From: Clostridia bacterium
Lineage (GTDB): Bacteria > Bacillota > Clostridia > Christensenellales > DTU072
Assembly: GCA_017461065.1 (NCBI GenBank)
Contig: JAFTZC010000061.1
Coordinates: 1 to 61,250, forward strand
Direction: 5' to 3'
DNA: 61,250 nucleotides
Shown here: positions 27,521 to 35,690 of the stretch, one piece after another
Layout: every line of letters begins with the position of its first letter
Position numbering within the stretch: position 1 is the first letter of the stretch
Position numbers and translations under genes: made by a program
The notes under the pieces: model-generated
Databases searched by the model: none
Told to the model about the DNA's origin: nothing
What the model saw: only the letters and a program-made list of their open reading frames with translations

Positions 27521-28372
27521 TTATTTGATTTCTTTCTTTTGTCCGTCGGTGACGTCTTGGAGCTTGTTTTTGCAACCAAGCTGGGATATGAGCGTATGTA
27601 CTGCGTCGTCAAGCGCTCCGCCTTCACGGAAGTCGGCTTCAAATATCCAGTCAACTCTTTCGTGTTGGAGTAGGGGTTGCACCTTGCTCTTTTCTTCTTC
27701 GTGATATAGCGCGATAGAGTGGCCACCCGATTGCTTTACGAGTTTCATACAAGGTACATCGGTTAGTCCGTCGCCGATATAAACCATATTACGGAAGAAT
27801 ACGCGTCTGTCGTCGTCGGGTTGTGATTTGTTTAGGTCAACGTTGTTGTTGATGTCGAGTACACCCTTGTTTATACGATAAACGAATTGGGTTTTGTTGG
27901 TGTAGTTTACAGCCATTTTGGGCCATATAGCACGACCTTGTTCGTTATACATAAACTCGCTTGCGAAAATCTTTTTGAAGTACTTGGCTATCTCGCAACC
28001 GTCGATAATCTCTTTTAGGCCCGATGAAAGTACGTAGTGCTCGACTTGTACACCGGCTTGACGGCCGTACTCGTTGATGCGTTCAAACCACTCTTTTACG
28101 CCCGGGTGATATACGATATGCTTACCACACTCAAGCAACGTTTCGCGCGAGAATGGGATGCCTCTCTTGTTGGATTCGTCTATCATACAGTACATATATG
28201 CAAGAACGCTGTCCATCAACTCTTTCTCCGCAACTACGCCTGCAGCGCCCCAAAATTCATCGGGCTCCATACCAAGGCTGGGGATAAAAGTATACTCTTG
28301 CATATCACGGGTGCAGAGTGTTTTATCAAAATCGTATAGTAGAGCAACGATATGTTGTTTTGCCATAGTCAA
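27521..28372 (-). CDS. HAD-superfamily hydrolase
   Basis: 283 aa; motif I DFDKTL near N-terminus, motif IV GDGLTD. Confidence 0.75.
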   Translation of the reverse strand: MTMAKQHIVALLYDFDKTLCTRDMQEYTFIPSLGMEPDEFWGAAGVVAEKELMDSVLAYMYCMIDESNKRGIPFSRETLLECGKHIVYHPGVKEWFERINEYGRQAGVQVEHYVLSSGLKEIIDGCEIAKYFKKIFASEFMYNEQGRAIWPKMAVNYTNKTQFVYRINKGVLDINNNVDLNKSQPDDDRRVFFRNMVYIGDGLTDVPCMKLVKQSGGHSIALYHEEEKSKVQPLLQHERVDWIFEADFREGGALDDAVHTLISQLGCKNKLQDVTDGQKKEIK

Positions 28373-28399
28373 TCACCTTTAAATTTAATTCTATTATAT

Positions 28400-28428
28400 A
28401 TTTTAACTATTTATACTGATATTGTCAA
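28400..28428 (-). promoter_or_regulatory. sigma-70-like promoter for the HAD gene (TTGACA-17-TAAAAT)
   Basis: plus 28423-28428 tgtcaa, 28400-28405 atttta. Confidence 0.55.
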
Positions 28429-28458
28429 TATGGGAAAATGGAAACGCTGTTAATTATA

Positions 28459-28487
28459 GAAAAAACAACCGTTTAAGGTTGTTTTAT
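28459..28487. terminator. hairpin aaaacaacc-gtttaa-ggttgtttt flanked by an A-run and T-run; strand of action ambiguous
   Basis: Read directly. On the minus strand it would insulate the HAD promoter. On the plus strand it overlaps a weak TTGTTT-16-TATAAT promoter (28479-28506). Confidence 0.4.
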
Positions 28488-28570
28488 AGCTCTTTGCACA
28501 TATAATTAGGCTTGAATTCTTTATAGCCGTGTTTTGGATAAAAACCATATAAATCAATACGGAGTATTGT

Positions 28571-28768
28571 ATGGAATCATTCCAAAGGGATGTATGTAAT
28601 CTACACAAAGTGTAGTATGTAATCAAGCCGACAGGGGATACACGCAAAGCGTGATGCCATGCACAAGTCGGAGCCTTGTGATTACATGCAAACTCAAAGA
28701 GTTTGATTACATGCCAAGCCTAAGTCGGCTTGGATAAAAAAGAACACACAACAGTGTGTTCTTTTTTT
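28571..28768 (+). ncRNA. candidate structured small RNA (family unknown): four 10-mer repeats forming two alternative or nested 10-bp helices, three AAA-looped hairpins, ending in an intrinsic terminator
   Basis: GTATGTAATC at 28592-28601 and 28615-28624; GATTACATGC at 28680-28689 and 28705-28714. Hairpins at 28601-28615, 28641-28653, 28689-28705 and 28715-28733. Terminator at 28741-28768. G-U pairs favour the plus strand. Confidence 0.4.
28736..28768. terminator. bidirectional intrinsic terminator (serves tRNA-Gln on the minus strand and the candidate RNA on the plus strand)
   Basis: agaacacac-aaca-gtgtgttct, A5 upstream and T7 downstream. Confidence 0.7.
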
Positions 28769-28841
28769 GGCAGGAGTAGTAAGAATCGAACTTACGTCAA
28801 GGGGGTCAGAGTCCCTTGTGTTGCCATTACACCATACTCCA
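28768..28841 (-). tRNA. tRNA-Gln (anticodon CUG)
   Basis: Minus-strand read TGGAGTATGGTGTAATGGCAACACAAGGGACTCTGACCCCCTTGACGTAAGTTCGATTCTTACTACTCCTGCCA. It folds as a cloverleaf with D stem GTGT/ACAC, anticodon loop CUCUGAC, T arm GTAAG-TTCGATT-CTTAC and an encoded CCA. Confidence 0.85.
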
Positions 28842-28867
28842 TTATTCGGCTAAAAGCCGATGGGTTG

Positions 28868-29071
28868 TTATTTGTCTACTTCTACGAGTGCGTTGATTAG
28901 TGCGTCTGCATCATAGCCGTGTACTGCTGCTGCTTGCTCGATGGTTTCCATACGTGAGCAGGGGCAGTGTAAGCAATGCATACCAAACTTTTCAACGAGA
29001 AGAGTTGCTACTGCTTCGGGATTCTTTGCGTTGTCTAATACTTCGCCGATTACGGTATTCTTGGTGATCAT
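28868..29071 (-). CDS. DUF1858-type small redox/disulfide domain protein (hybrid-cluster-protein-associated type)
   Basis: 67 aa; CLHCPC motif in a four-helix-sized protein. Confidence 0.7.
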   Translation of the reverse strand: MITKNTVIGEVLDNAKNPEAVATLLVEKFGMHCLHCPCSRMETIEQAAAVHGYDADALINALVEVDK

Positions 29072-29154
29072 AACGTGCCTCCAAATTATTTTCTTATTAC
29101 GCGATTATTATATAACTTTGTTAAGTTATAATCAAGCATTTTGTTTAAGTCTGT

Positions 29155-29183
29155 TTGCATTTAGATATATAAGCGTGTATAAT
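29155..29183 (+). promoter_or_regulatory. sigma-70-like promoter TTGCAT-17-TATAAT placing the start site on ATG 29190 (leaderless candidate)
   Basis: TATAAT 29178-29183, then ctaagt, then ATG; no SD. Confidence 0.5.
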
Positions 29184-29189
29184 CTAAGT

Positions 29190-29954
29190 ATGGATGAAAG
29201 AAGCAAAATCATAAGAAAAATTATGGGATATATGCGTAGAGCCATCAACGACTACGGTATGATATCCGAAGGTGACCACGTTGCAGTTGGACTAAGCGGT
29301 GGCAAGGACAGCTTGGTTTTGATGACGGCACTTGCTATGCTACGCAGATTTTCGGACGTAAAATATAAGCTTAGCGCCATTCGTATCGATATGGGATTTA
29401 AGGACGCAAGCGCAGAAGAAGCAGAAGCTCTTAGGAAGTACTGCGAAGACCTTGACGTCGACTACTACTGCGAAAAGACGGATATTGCCGAAATCATTTT
29501 TGACGTAAGGAAGGAAGATAGGCCTTGCTCACTTTGCTCAAAGATGCGTAGGGGAGCACTTAACACCAAGTGCAACGAAATCGGTGCAAACAAGCTCGCG
29601 CTTGGTCATAACGCCGACGACGTGACCGAAACTTTTTTGCTTTCGTTCATTTATGAAGGTAGGCTTTCCACATTCCAGCCTACTGGATATATGTCAAGGA
29701 CGGATATGACGCTTATACGCCCATTGATTTACTGCCCCGAAGGGGACATTAAGGGCGTTGCAAAAAGACTTAATCTTCCACTCGTGCATAATCCTTGCCC
29801 TATGGACCATACTTCTCAAAGGCAGTATATGAAAGACCTTTGCTCCCATATTACCAAGGACATACCCTTTGCAAAGGACAGAATGTTTTCAGCAATCACC
29901 CACCCCGAAAGATATAACTTATTCCCACCCAAGGTAAACGACGATGAAAATTGA
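29190..29954 (+). CDS. ttcA: PP-loop ATPase, TtcA-like tRNA 2-thiocytidine biosynthesis family
   Basis: 254 aa from ATG 29190; PP-loop SGGKDS; CSLCS and downstream Cys motifs. The track ORF start 28941 is rejected because it overlaps the divergent gene. Confidence 0.8.
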   Translation: MDERSKIIRKIMGYMRRAINDYGMISEGDHVAVGLSGGKDSLVLMTALAMLRRFSDVKYKLSAIRIDMGFKDASAEEAEALRKYCEDLDVDYYCEKTDIAEIIFDVRKEDRPCSLCSKMRRGALNTKCNEIGANKLALGHNADDVTETFLLSFIYEGRLSTFQPTGYMSRTDMTLIRPLIYCPEGDIKGVAKRLNLPLVHNPCPMDHTSQRQYMKDLCSHITKDIPFAKDRMFSAITHPERYNLFPPKVNDDEN

Positions 29955-30636
29955 CCTAAAAGACAAACTAAAAAGAACGCTTAACCTTTTCCTAACCTTT
30001 TTTAGGATAGGGGCATTTACCTTTGGCGGTGGCTACGCTATGGTAGGCCTAATCCATAAGGAAATGGTTGAAAAAAAGAAGTGGCTCAGCGACGAAGAAA
30101 TGCTTGACGTCATAGCTATTGCCGAGTCTACGCCCGGTGTTATCGCACTCAATACCGCAACGTACGTAGGTGCAAAGGTGGCAGGTGTGCTTGGCGCGTT
30201 TGTTGCAAGCATAGCCGTTATGCTACCATCAGTTATAATCATTGGTTTGGTATCCATTGCCATTGAAGAATTTGGCAGCAACAAATACGTCAAGTGGGCT
30301 TTCCTTGGCATAAGGAGTGCCGTTGCAGCGCTCATCCTAAACGCCGCAATCAAGCTCAGCAAGAACAACGAAAAGAGCATCGTATGTTACTCAGTAATGG
30401 GTGTGGCGCTCGTGCTTGCAGTGCTATCCACCTTTGAAATCATCAAGCTTGATATGGTGTTCATTATACTCGGAGCAGCGCTGTTCGGCATTATTTGGGG
30501 CATAGCTACTCGCAAGATAAAACCCGAAAAACAGGTTGCAAATATCGAAAACTCGGATACTGAAAACGCCGAAAATGAGCATAATTCAGAGAAGGCAGAA
30601 ACGCCCGAAGAAACCCAAGATAAGGAGGTAGAATAA
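29944..30636 (+). CDS. chromate transporter (CHR) family protein, short-chain half 1, with acidic C-terminal tail
   Basis: 230 aa; FGGGYAMVGL and ESTPG motifs. Confidence 0.8.
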   Translation: MKIDLKDKLKRTLNLFLTFFRIGAFTFGGGYAMVGLIHKEMVEKKKWLSDEEMLDVIAIAESTPGVIALNTATYVGAKVAGVLGAFVASIAVMLPSVIIIGLVSIAIEEFGSNKYVKWAFLGIRSAVAALILNAAIKLSKNNEKSIVCYSVMGVALVLAVLSTFEIIKLDMVFIILGAALFGIIWGIATRKIKPEKQVANIENSDTENAENEHNSEKAETPEETQDKEVE

Positions 30637-31292
30637 TGGTATATTTAGATTTATTCCTATCGTTCCTTAAGATTGGTTTGTTTACTATCGGCGGTGGATA
30701 CGCTATGATACCGCTCATCTCCGACACGGCTGTTGGTAAGGGTTGGATAACCGAAGATTTGCTAATTGACTTTATTGCCATTGCAGAGTCAACTCCCGGA
30801 CCTTTTGCCGTCAACGTAGGCACGTTTATCGGCATTGAAGTAGGTGCTGTCGGTGGTATAAATCCACCATTACTCGGTCAAATCGTAGGCGTAATTTGTA
30901 CGGTTATGGGATTGCTTCTCCCAAGCATAATAATTATGCTTACCATATACTACCTATCCAAAAAGTTACTTGCAAACGTTCACGTTCAAGATGCGTTTAG
31001 AATGATTCGCCCAACCGTTACCGCACTCATTCTTGCAGCCTTTGCGTCCGTTTTATACGCAACCGTCGTAACCAATATCGACCTAAGTAGCGACGAAACG
31101 AGCTTCAATTGGTTTGGCTTAGTATGGTTTGCAGTATGCTTCTTCCTAACCTTCAAACCAAAGGTAAACGCCGAAAAATATCCACGTCTTGCGCCTGCGG
31201 TAGGCGTTATGAACAAGATAAAACTACACCCCATTTTGCTCATTATACTTTCGGCAGGGGTTGGTATTTTGTTCTACGGTTTTATCCTATAA
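30636..31292 (+). CDS. chromate transporter (CHR) family protein, short-chain half 2
   Basis: 218 aa; IGGGYAMIPL and ESTPGP motifs; TAATG overlap with the upstream half. Confidence 0.8.
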   Translation: MVYLDLFLSFLKIGLFTIGGGYAMIPLISDTAVGKGWITEDLLIDFIAIAESTPGPFAVNVGTFIGIEVGAVGGINPPLLGQIVGVICTVMGLLLPSIIIMLTIYYLSKKLLANVHVQDAFRMIRPTVTALILAAFASVLYATVVTNIDLSSDETSFNWFGLVWFAVCFFLTFKPKVNAEKYPRLAPAVGVMNKIKLHPILLIILSAGVGILFYGFIL

Positions 31293-31305
31293 ATCAAGGA
31301 GAAAT

Positions 31306-32175
31306 ATGATAACTGCTTACAACGTAAAAGATTTACGCGTTACTCCCGGAGATAGCGCGTATCTTATTTATGACGACCAAACTGCTATTTTGTACGATAG
31401 CGGTTTTGCGTTCACGGGCGAAAAGCTTTCTCTACGTATCAAGGAAGTTTTAGGGGAGAGAAAGCTTGATTATATTTTCCTTACCCACTCGCACTACGAC
31501 CATTGTTTGGGCTCGGCGTATGTGCTTGAGCGTTATCCCGATGCAAAGGTGGTTGCCGGCAAGCACACACAAGAAGTATTCTTGCGCCCACACGCAATTA
31601 GCAAGATGCAGGAGCTCGATAACGCACACGCCAAGCATTTTGGTATAACCGACTACGAGTTCAAGGGACAAGGGCTTAGAGTGGATAAGGTCGTAAAAGA
31701 AGGCGACAAAATCACGGTAGGCAGCTTTGATTTCACCGTATTGGAGCTTCCCGGACACACCAAATGCTCCATAGGCTTTTACGAAAACAACTCTAAAATT
31801 CTTTTGTCCAACGAAACGCTTGGCATATACCACGGGACGGGGATTTTGCCGGTAGCTCTTACCGGTTTTAACGATGCTATAAGCTCAATTAAGAAGCTAA
31901 AGGCGCTCAAACTAAAAGGAGTATTAATACCGCACCTTGGTATTATCGGAGAAGAAGCCACCAAGCACTATCTTAGCATAGTAGAAGGGGAGTTCTTGAG
32001 GGCAAAAGAGCTTATTCTTACCCACCTTAAAAATGGTACGGATAGGGAAGAAATCGTAGAAGATTTCCAAAATACCTTTATTCAAGGCGCAATAAAAGAT
32101 ATCTATCCGCCTGACGCGGCGTATTTGAACTCGTTACTGATGATAAAACTAATAGAAAAAGAGTTTTTAAGCTAA
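31306..32175 (+). CDS. MBL-fold metallo-hydrolase
   Basis: HSHYDH (HxHxDH) motif. Track ORF trimmed to ATG 31306, which has AAGGAG upstream. Confidence 0.8.
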   Translation: MITAYNVKDLRVTPGDSAYLIYDDQTAILYDSGFAFTGEKLSLRIKEVLGERKLDYIFLTHSHYDHCLGSAYVLERYPDAKVVAGKHTQEVFLRPHAISKMQELDNAHAKHFGITDYEFKGQGLRVDKVVKEGDKITVGSFDFTVLELPGHTKCSIGFYENNSKILLSNETLGIYHGTGILPVALTGFNDAISSIKKLKALKLKGVLIPHLGIIGEEATKHYLSIVEGEFLRAKELILTHLKNGTDREEIVEDFQNTFIQGAIKDIYPPDAAYLNSLLMIKLIEKEFLS

Positions 32176-32178
32176 ACA

Positions 32179-32212
32179 AAAAGCACGGAACTAATCCGTG
32201 CTTTAATTTTGG
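32179..32212. terminator. bidirectional intrinsic terminator
   Basis: agcacgga-acta-atccgtgct between convergent genes. Confidence 0.6.
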
Positions 32213-32223
32213 CTTTTTGGTGG

Positions 32224-33183
32224 CTATGCAAGTAGCATTATGCAAATAGGAATGGTTACGCAGCTCAATACCGTGGATATCATAACTTCCTTTGCGGCAA
32301 GGCCGGTATCCTTGTTTGCCATCGTTACGAACATCATAGTGTTGGTCGCAATGGGCATTGCGGCGATGGCAACGAGATTGAGCCTAATGGGCTCGATGTC
32401 CATAAACGTGGACATAAGGAGCATAAAGAGTAAGCCTACCACGGGATAAAGAATAAGTTTTATGCCCGTTGCAATATATACGCGATAGTCCAAGAATAAT
32501 TCTTTCAAACTCATTTCAGCAAGCTTGATGCCGAGTAGTGTCATCGAAAGTGGACCTACTGCGTTGGAGAATAGACTGAATACGTTTGCAATACCGGTTA
32601 GGTTAAATCTTTGGAAGTTGATATTGAAGATGAATAGCGGAAGCGCAATGATAAAGGAAAGCGTGGGCGGATTTAATAACGCTTTTTTCAAACTGATATA
32701 CTTTTTGTCGCCGGTGATTACGTGATTGCCAAGCGTCCAACAGAGAAGGTTGAATACTACACAAGAGCAACTTGCGTAAAGGATTAGCTCGTGTCTTTCC
32801 GGTGCAAGCAATTGTAAGAAAGGTATGCACATATAGATTAAATTGCCAAACGAACCACCATATGCAATGATACCCTTGGAGTCAACGTCAAGTTTTTTGA
32901 TGGGGTGAACGATGAGTTTGCCGAGATATAGAATGACGATTTCGGTTACGGCAGTAAATAGGAATATCGCAAGCATATTCCATAGGATATCCATAGTAAA
33001 CTCGGTGTTCAAAAATGAGTTTACGGTTACGAATGGTTGCAAAATATAAAGCAAAGTTACCGACAAAAACTTGACGGCTTCTGCTTTGTTTATCATCTTA
33101 AGCTTTGCAACTATAAAGCCCGGCACTGCCATAACGATGAGCAATGCAACGGCTTCTAAACTTGTTAAAAATAACTCTCCCAT
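32224..33183 (-). CDS. AEC (auxin efflux carrier) family permease
   Basis: 319 aa, ~10 TM helices, two-repeat topology with a central loop. Confidence 0.75.
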   Translation of the reverse strand: MGELFLTSLEAVALLIVMAVPGFIVAKLKMINKAEAVKFLSVTLLYILQPFVTVNSFLNTEFTMDILWNMLAIFLFTAVTEIVILYLGKLIVHPIKKLDVDSKGIIAYGGSFGNLIYMCIPFLQLLAPERHELILYASCSCVVFNLLCWTLGNHVITGDKKYISLKKALLNPPTLSFIIALPLFIFNINFQRFNLTGIANVFSLFSNAVGPLSMTLLGIKLAEMSLKELFLDYRVYIATGIKLILYPVVGLLFMLLMSTFMDIEPIRLNLVAIAAMPIATNTMMFVTMANKDTGLAAKEVMISTVLSCVTIPICIMLLA

Positions 33184-33914
33184 TAGTCAATAACTCCGTA
33201 GTTGATTAGTATGGTTTCAATTTCTTTGAGCTCCCTATAGATACTCTTGCGGTGTCCCAAAGTGTTTTTTAGTCCAATCCAAACAAGCTTTATCAAAAGG
33301 GGGTTGGCAAGTTCGGTTACGTAGGACATACCCTTTATCATAGTAAGCGCGTCCTTTTGCTCTTGCTTGGTAAAAGAGCTATCTTCAAGCATGCCGCCCA
33401 TAATGAGATTTAGCCAATAGTCGCACTCTTCCTTGGCTTTGTCGTTGAAGGGCTTTTCTTCCATATCGGCAACGGTTACCGATGCGTGTTCGTCTTCTTC
33501 GTGTCCGAGATATAACGCCTTGAAGGCTTCGCCAAACGGCTTTATGATATTGTCACAAAACGCCATATACGAGTCGTGGCTTGCTTCCATAGGATAAAAC
33601 TTCCTTACGAACTCTATGACGGAAATATCCTTTCTATCAAACTCAAAAAGTAGGCCGACTACAAGGGTGATTAGATGTCTGCGGTTCATTGGCAGGCGGA
33701 AACTTAGCCCGTTTTCGTCGTTTACGATGGCTTTTTGGAACTCTTGCTTGAAGCTTGAAGTCCTTGCAGAGTCGGCAACTATTTGCATATAGCCGTTATC
33801 TTGGGCAAGCATCTTGAGAAAATCGGATATGGTTTTGTCAACTATTATCAATCTTGAGGAGTAAAAAGCGTTCAAAGAATGGGAAAATTTGTCAAGATTT
33901 GGGTTATTATCCAT
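33183..33914 (-). CDS. hypothetical cytoplasmic protein, translationally coupled to the AEC permease
   Basis: Start is ATG 33914 or GTG 33926. The stop overlaps the permease start codon (shared nt 33183). No family recognised. Confidence 0.55.
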   Translation of the reverse strand: MDNNPNLDKFSHSLNAFYSSRLIIVDKTISDFLKMLAQDNGYMQIVADSARTSSFKQEFQKAIVNDENGLSFRLPMNRRHLITLVVGLLFEFDRKDISVIEFVRKFYPMEASHDSYMAFCDNIIKPFGEAFKALYLGHEEDEHASVTVADMEEKPFNDKAKEECDYWLNLIMGGMLEDSSFTKQEQKDALTMIKGMSYVTELANPLLIKLVWIGLKNTLGHRKSIYRELKEIETILINYGVID

Positions 33915-33996
33915 TTTTAGTACCACACTCCTTTAGTATAACCTTATATTTAGTATAAATATAGTAACATAAAAATTACAAAAAGTCTTGCAAATG

Positions 33997-34025
33997 CTTG
34001 ATATTCATTGTATAATAATTTTACC
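33997..34025 (+). promoter_or_regulatory. sigma-70 consensus-like promoter TTGCAA-17-TATAAT
   Basis: Read directly; followed by a 5'-UTR hairpin cgtttgta-N8-tacaaacg. Confidence 0.6.
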
Positions 34026-34073
34026 GTTTGTAGCCTAAGATACAAACGCAAAAAGGACGCTCCGGAGGGGATT

Positions 34074-34769
34074 ATGAATATTTTCAAACTACTCAAAAAG
34101 AATAAGCTTTTCTATAATTTTGAGGACAAAGAAATCAACAAGATTTTTGATTGCTTGCACGGCCATATTAATAAATATAGTAGGGGCAGAGTGGTTGCTG
34201 AAATCGGCGCTCCTGTAGAAGAAATCGGTATTCTTCTAAACGGTGCTGCCGTAAAGTTCATCAAAAAGCCCAACGGCGACCTCGAAAACTGCGGCGAACT
34301 TTTTGCAGGCGATATGTTTGGCGAAGTTGAAGCTTATACCGGAGACCGTACCTTTAGCAGTTCGGTAGTTATTGCGGAAGAAGCAACCGTCCTTTATATT
34401 AGCGTTGCTACCATCGTTAGACAATGCTCCAACAACTGTCCTTGCCACCAAAAACTCCTTGAAAACGTGCTTAGCTGTCTTGCAGAGCGCATTGACACTA
34501 TGGGCGTTGATGCAAAATATCTCAAGATTAAGTCTATGCGCGGCAAGATTTCAAAGCTATTCTACGACAAGTATCTTGCACAAGGTACCGAAGTCATTCA
34601 CCTTGGCTTTAACCGTAACGAAATGGCAGAGTATCTCAATGTATCACGTCCTTCTATGAGCAGAGAAATGATTGCTATGCGCGAAGACGGCATCATCAAA
34701 TTCCGCAAGGACGAAATCGAAATTTTGAACGTCGACGAACTCCAAAGACTTGCTAACGAGGCGAGATAA
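34074..34769 (+). CDS. Crp/Fnr-family transcriptional regulator
   Basis: 231 aa from ATG 34074 (GGAGGGG SD); cNMP-binding-like N-domain and C-terminal HTH (NRNEMAEYLNVSRPSMSREM); internal CSNNCPC motif. Confidence 0.85.
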   Translation: MNIFKLLKKNKLFYNFEDKEINKIFDCLHGHINKYSRGRVVAEIGAPVEEIGILLNGAAVKFIKKPNGDLENCGELFAGDMFGEVEAYTGDRTFSSSVVIAEEATVLYISVATIVRQCSNNCPCHQKLLENVLSCLAERIDTMGVDAKYLKIKSMRGKISKLFYDKYLAQGTEVIHLGFNRNEMAEYLNVSRPSMSREMIAMREDGIIKFRKDEIEILNVDELQRLANEAR

Positions 34770-34771
34770 TT

Positions 34772-35689
34772 ATGCCTTGGTGGATATATTTAATAGTCGG
34801 TTTAATATTGTTTTTTGCAGTTGCTCTCCGTGTGGGAGCATACTTCATTCTTAAAAAGCTTTATAAGCCAACTAAGCGTGATTACGATTTTATCCTCGAC
34901 TACGAAATCAAAGAGAAGGGCTTCCAAAAGCGTTGGCTGGATATTCCGTTTAAGGCATATCGCAGAGAGTCACGCTACGGCTACGAAGTTTTCGGCAGAT
35001 ACTACGAGTGCCCCACGCCGTCTAACAAGATTATGCTTTCGGTACACGGACACAACTCTTGCAGCCTTTCGCAAATGAAGTATCTCGAGATGTTTTTGGA
35101 GCTCGGATACAACGTATTTATGCCCGACCACAAGCGTAGTGGCTTTAGCGGCGGCGATATAATAACCTTTGGCGCAACCGAAAAGTACGACATCATCGAT
35201 TGGATTGACGTGCTTCAAAGAGATTATCCCGACAAGCGTTTTGCTATCTTTGGCGAATCAATGGGGGCTGCTACTTCGATGATGGTAACCGAGATGGATA
35301 AGCGTATCGAGTATCTAATCGAGTACTGCGGCTACGCCGATTTTGAAGGACTATTATCAAAATATATAAAGAATGCTACCGTGCGTAAGTTCTTAGAGCC
35401 TACGTTTAATTCGGTATCAAGACTTGTTTTTAAAATAGATTTTAACGATTTTGATGCAGGCAAAGCACTCTCAAAAATCAAAAAGCCCACTCTGATTATC
35501 CACTCTAAGGAAGATAAGACGGTGGCTTACTACAACTCTGAAAAGCTTAGACGCTATAAGCCCGATGCAAAGGTACACATCTTCGAAGATACTATGCACG
35601 CGCGCTCTATGGTAAAGTACCCCGAAGTTTTCAAAAAAGTTGTAACCGATTTCGTGCTGGATGCGGAAAAACAGGTTGGATTGGAGTAA
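34772..35689 (+). CDS. alpha/beta-fold hydrolase with N-terminal TM anchor
   Basis: 305 aa; nucleophile elbow GESMG. Confidence 0.8.
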   Translation: MPWWIYLIVGLILFFAVALRVGAYFILKKLYKPTKRDYDFILDYEIKEKGFQKRWLDIPFKAYRRESRYGYEVFGRYYECPTPSNKIMLSVHGHNSCSLSQMKYLEMFLELGYNVFMPDHKRSGFSGGDIITFGATEKYDIIDWIDVLQRDYPDKRFAIFGESMGAATSMMVTEMDKRIEYLIEYCGYADFEGLLSKYIKNATVRKFLEPTFNSVSRLVFKIDFNDFDAGKALSKIKKPTLIIHSKEDKTVAYYNSEKLRRYKPDAKVHIFEDTMHARSMVKYPEVFKKVVTDFVLDAEKQVGLE

Positions 35690-35690
35690 T

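Noticed and set aside
27127-27726. 199-aa minus-strand ORF spanning the ABC gene 3' end, the terminator and the HAD gene 3' end
   Set aside because: It overlaps two well-supported genes and a bidirectional terminator, so it is an artefact of an open antisense frame.
28571-28615. 14-codon ORF (MESFQRDVCNLHKV) with a well-spaced GGAG
   Set aside because: It is not reported as a CDS. It is too short to support without conservation or ribosome-profiling data, so it is mentioned only as a possible leader peptide within the candidate RNA.
28450-28647. 65-aa minus-strand ORF in the HAD/tRNA-Gln intergenic region
   Set aside because: It has no SD and an implausible sequence. It runs through the repeat and hairpin array, and its 3' end runs through the hairpin at 28459-28487. 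It is treated as non-coding.
28571-28768. tracrRNA/omega-RNA-like interpretation of the structured element (repeat:anti-repeat duplex plus 3' hairpins)
   Set aside because: No Cas9, IscB or TnpB-like nuclease gene or CRISPR array lies within the window, so the resemblance is only superficial.
28736-28867. tRNA-Gln as an integration site of a genomic island (19.6-28.8 kb)
   Set aside because: No integrase or recombinase gene is present, and I could not find a direct repeat of the tRNA 3' end. Only module 2 shows a compositional shift.
28941-29189. N-terminal extension of the ttcA-like ORF. Similar extensions occur at 22710-22892, 34008-34073, 31261-31305, 24182-24223, 35661-35690 and 49667-49705.
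   Set aside because: The extensions overlap neighbouring genes or promoters. Internal ATGs with an SD or promoter context reproduce the canonical family N-termini.
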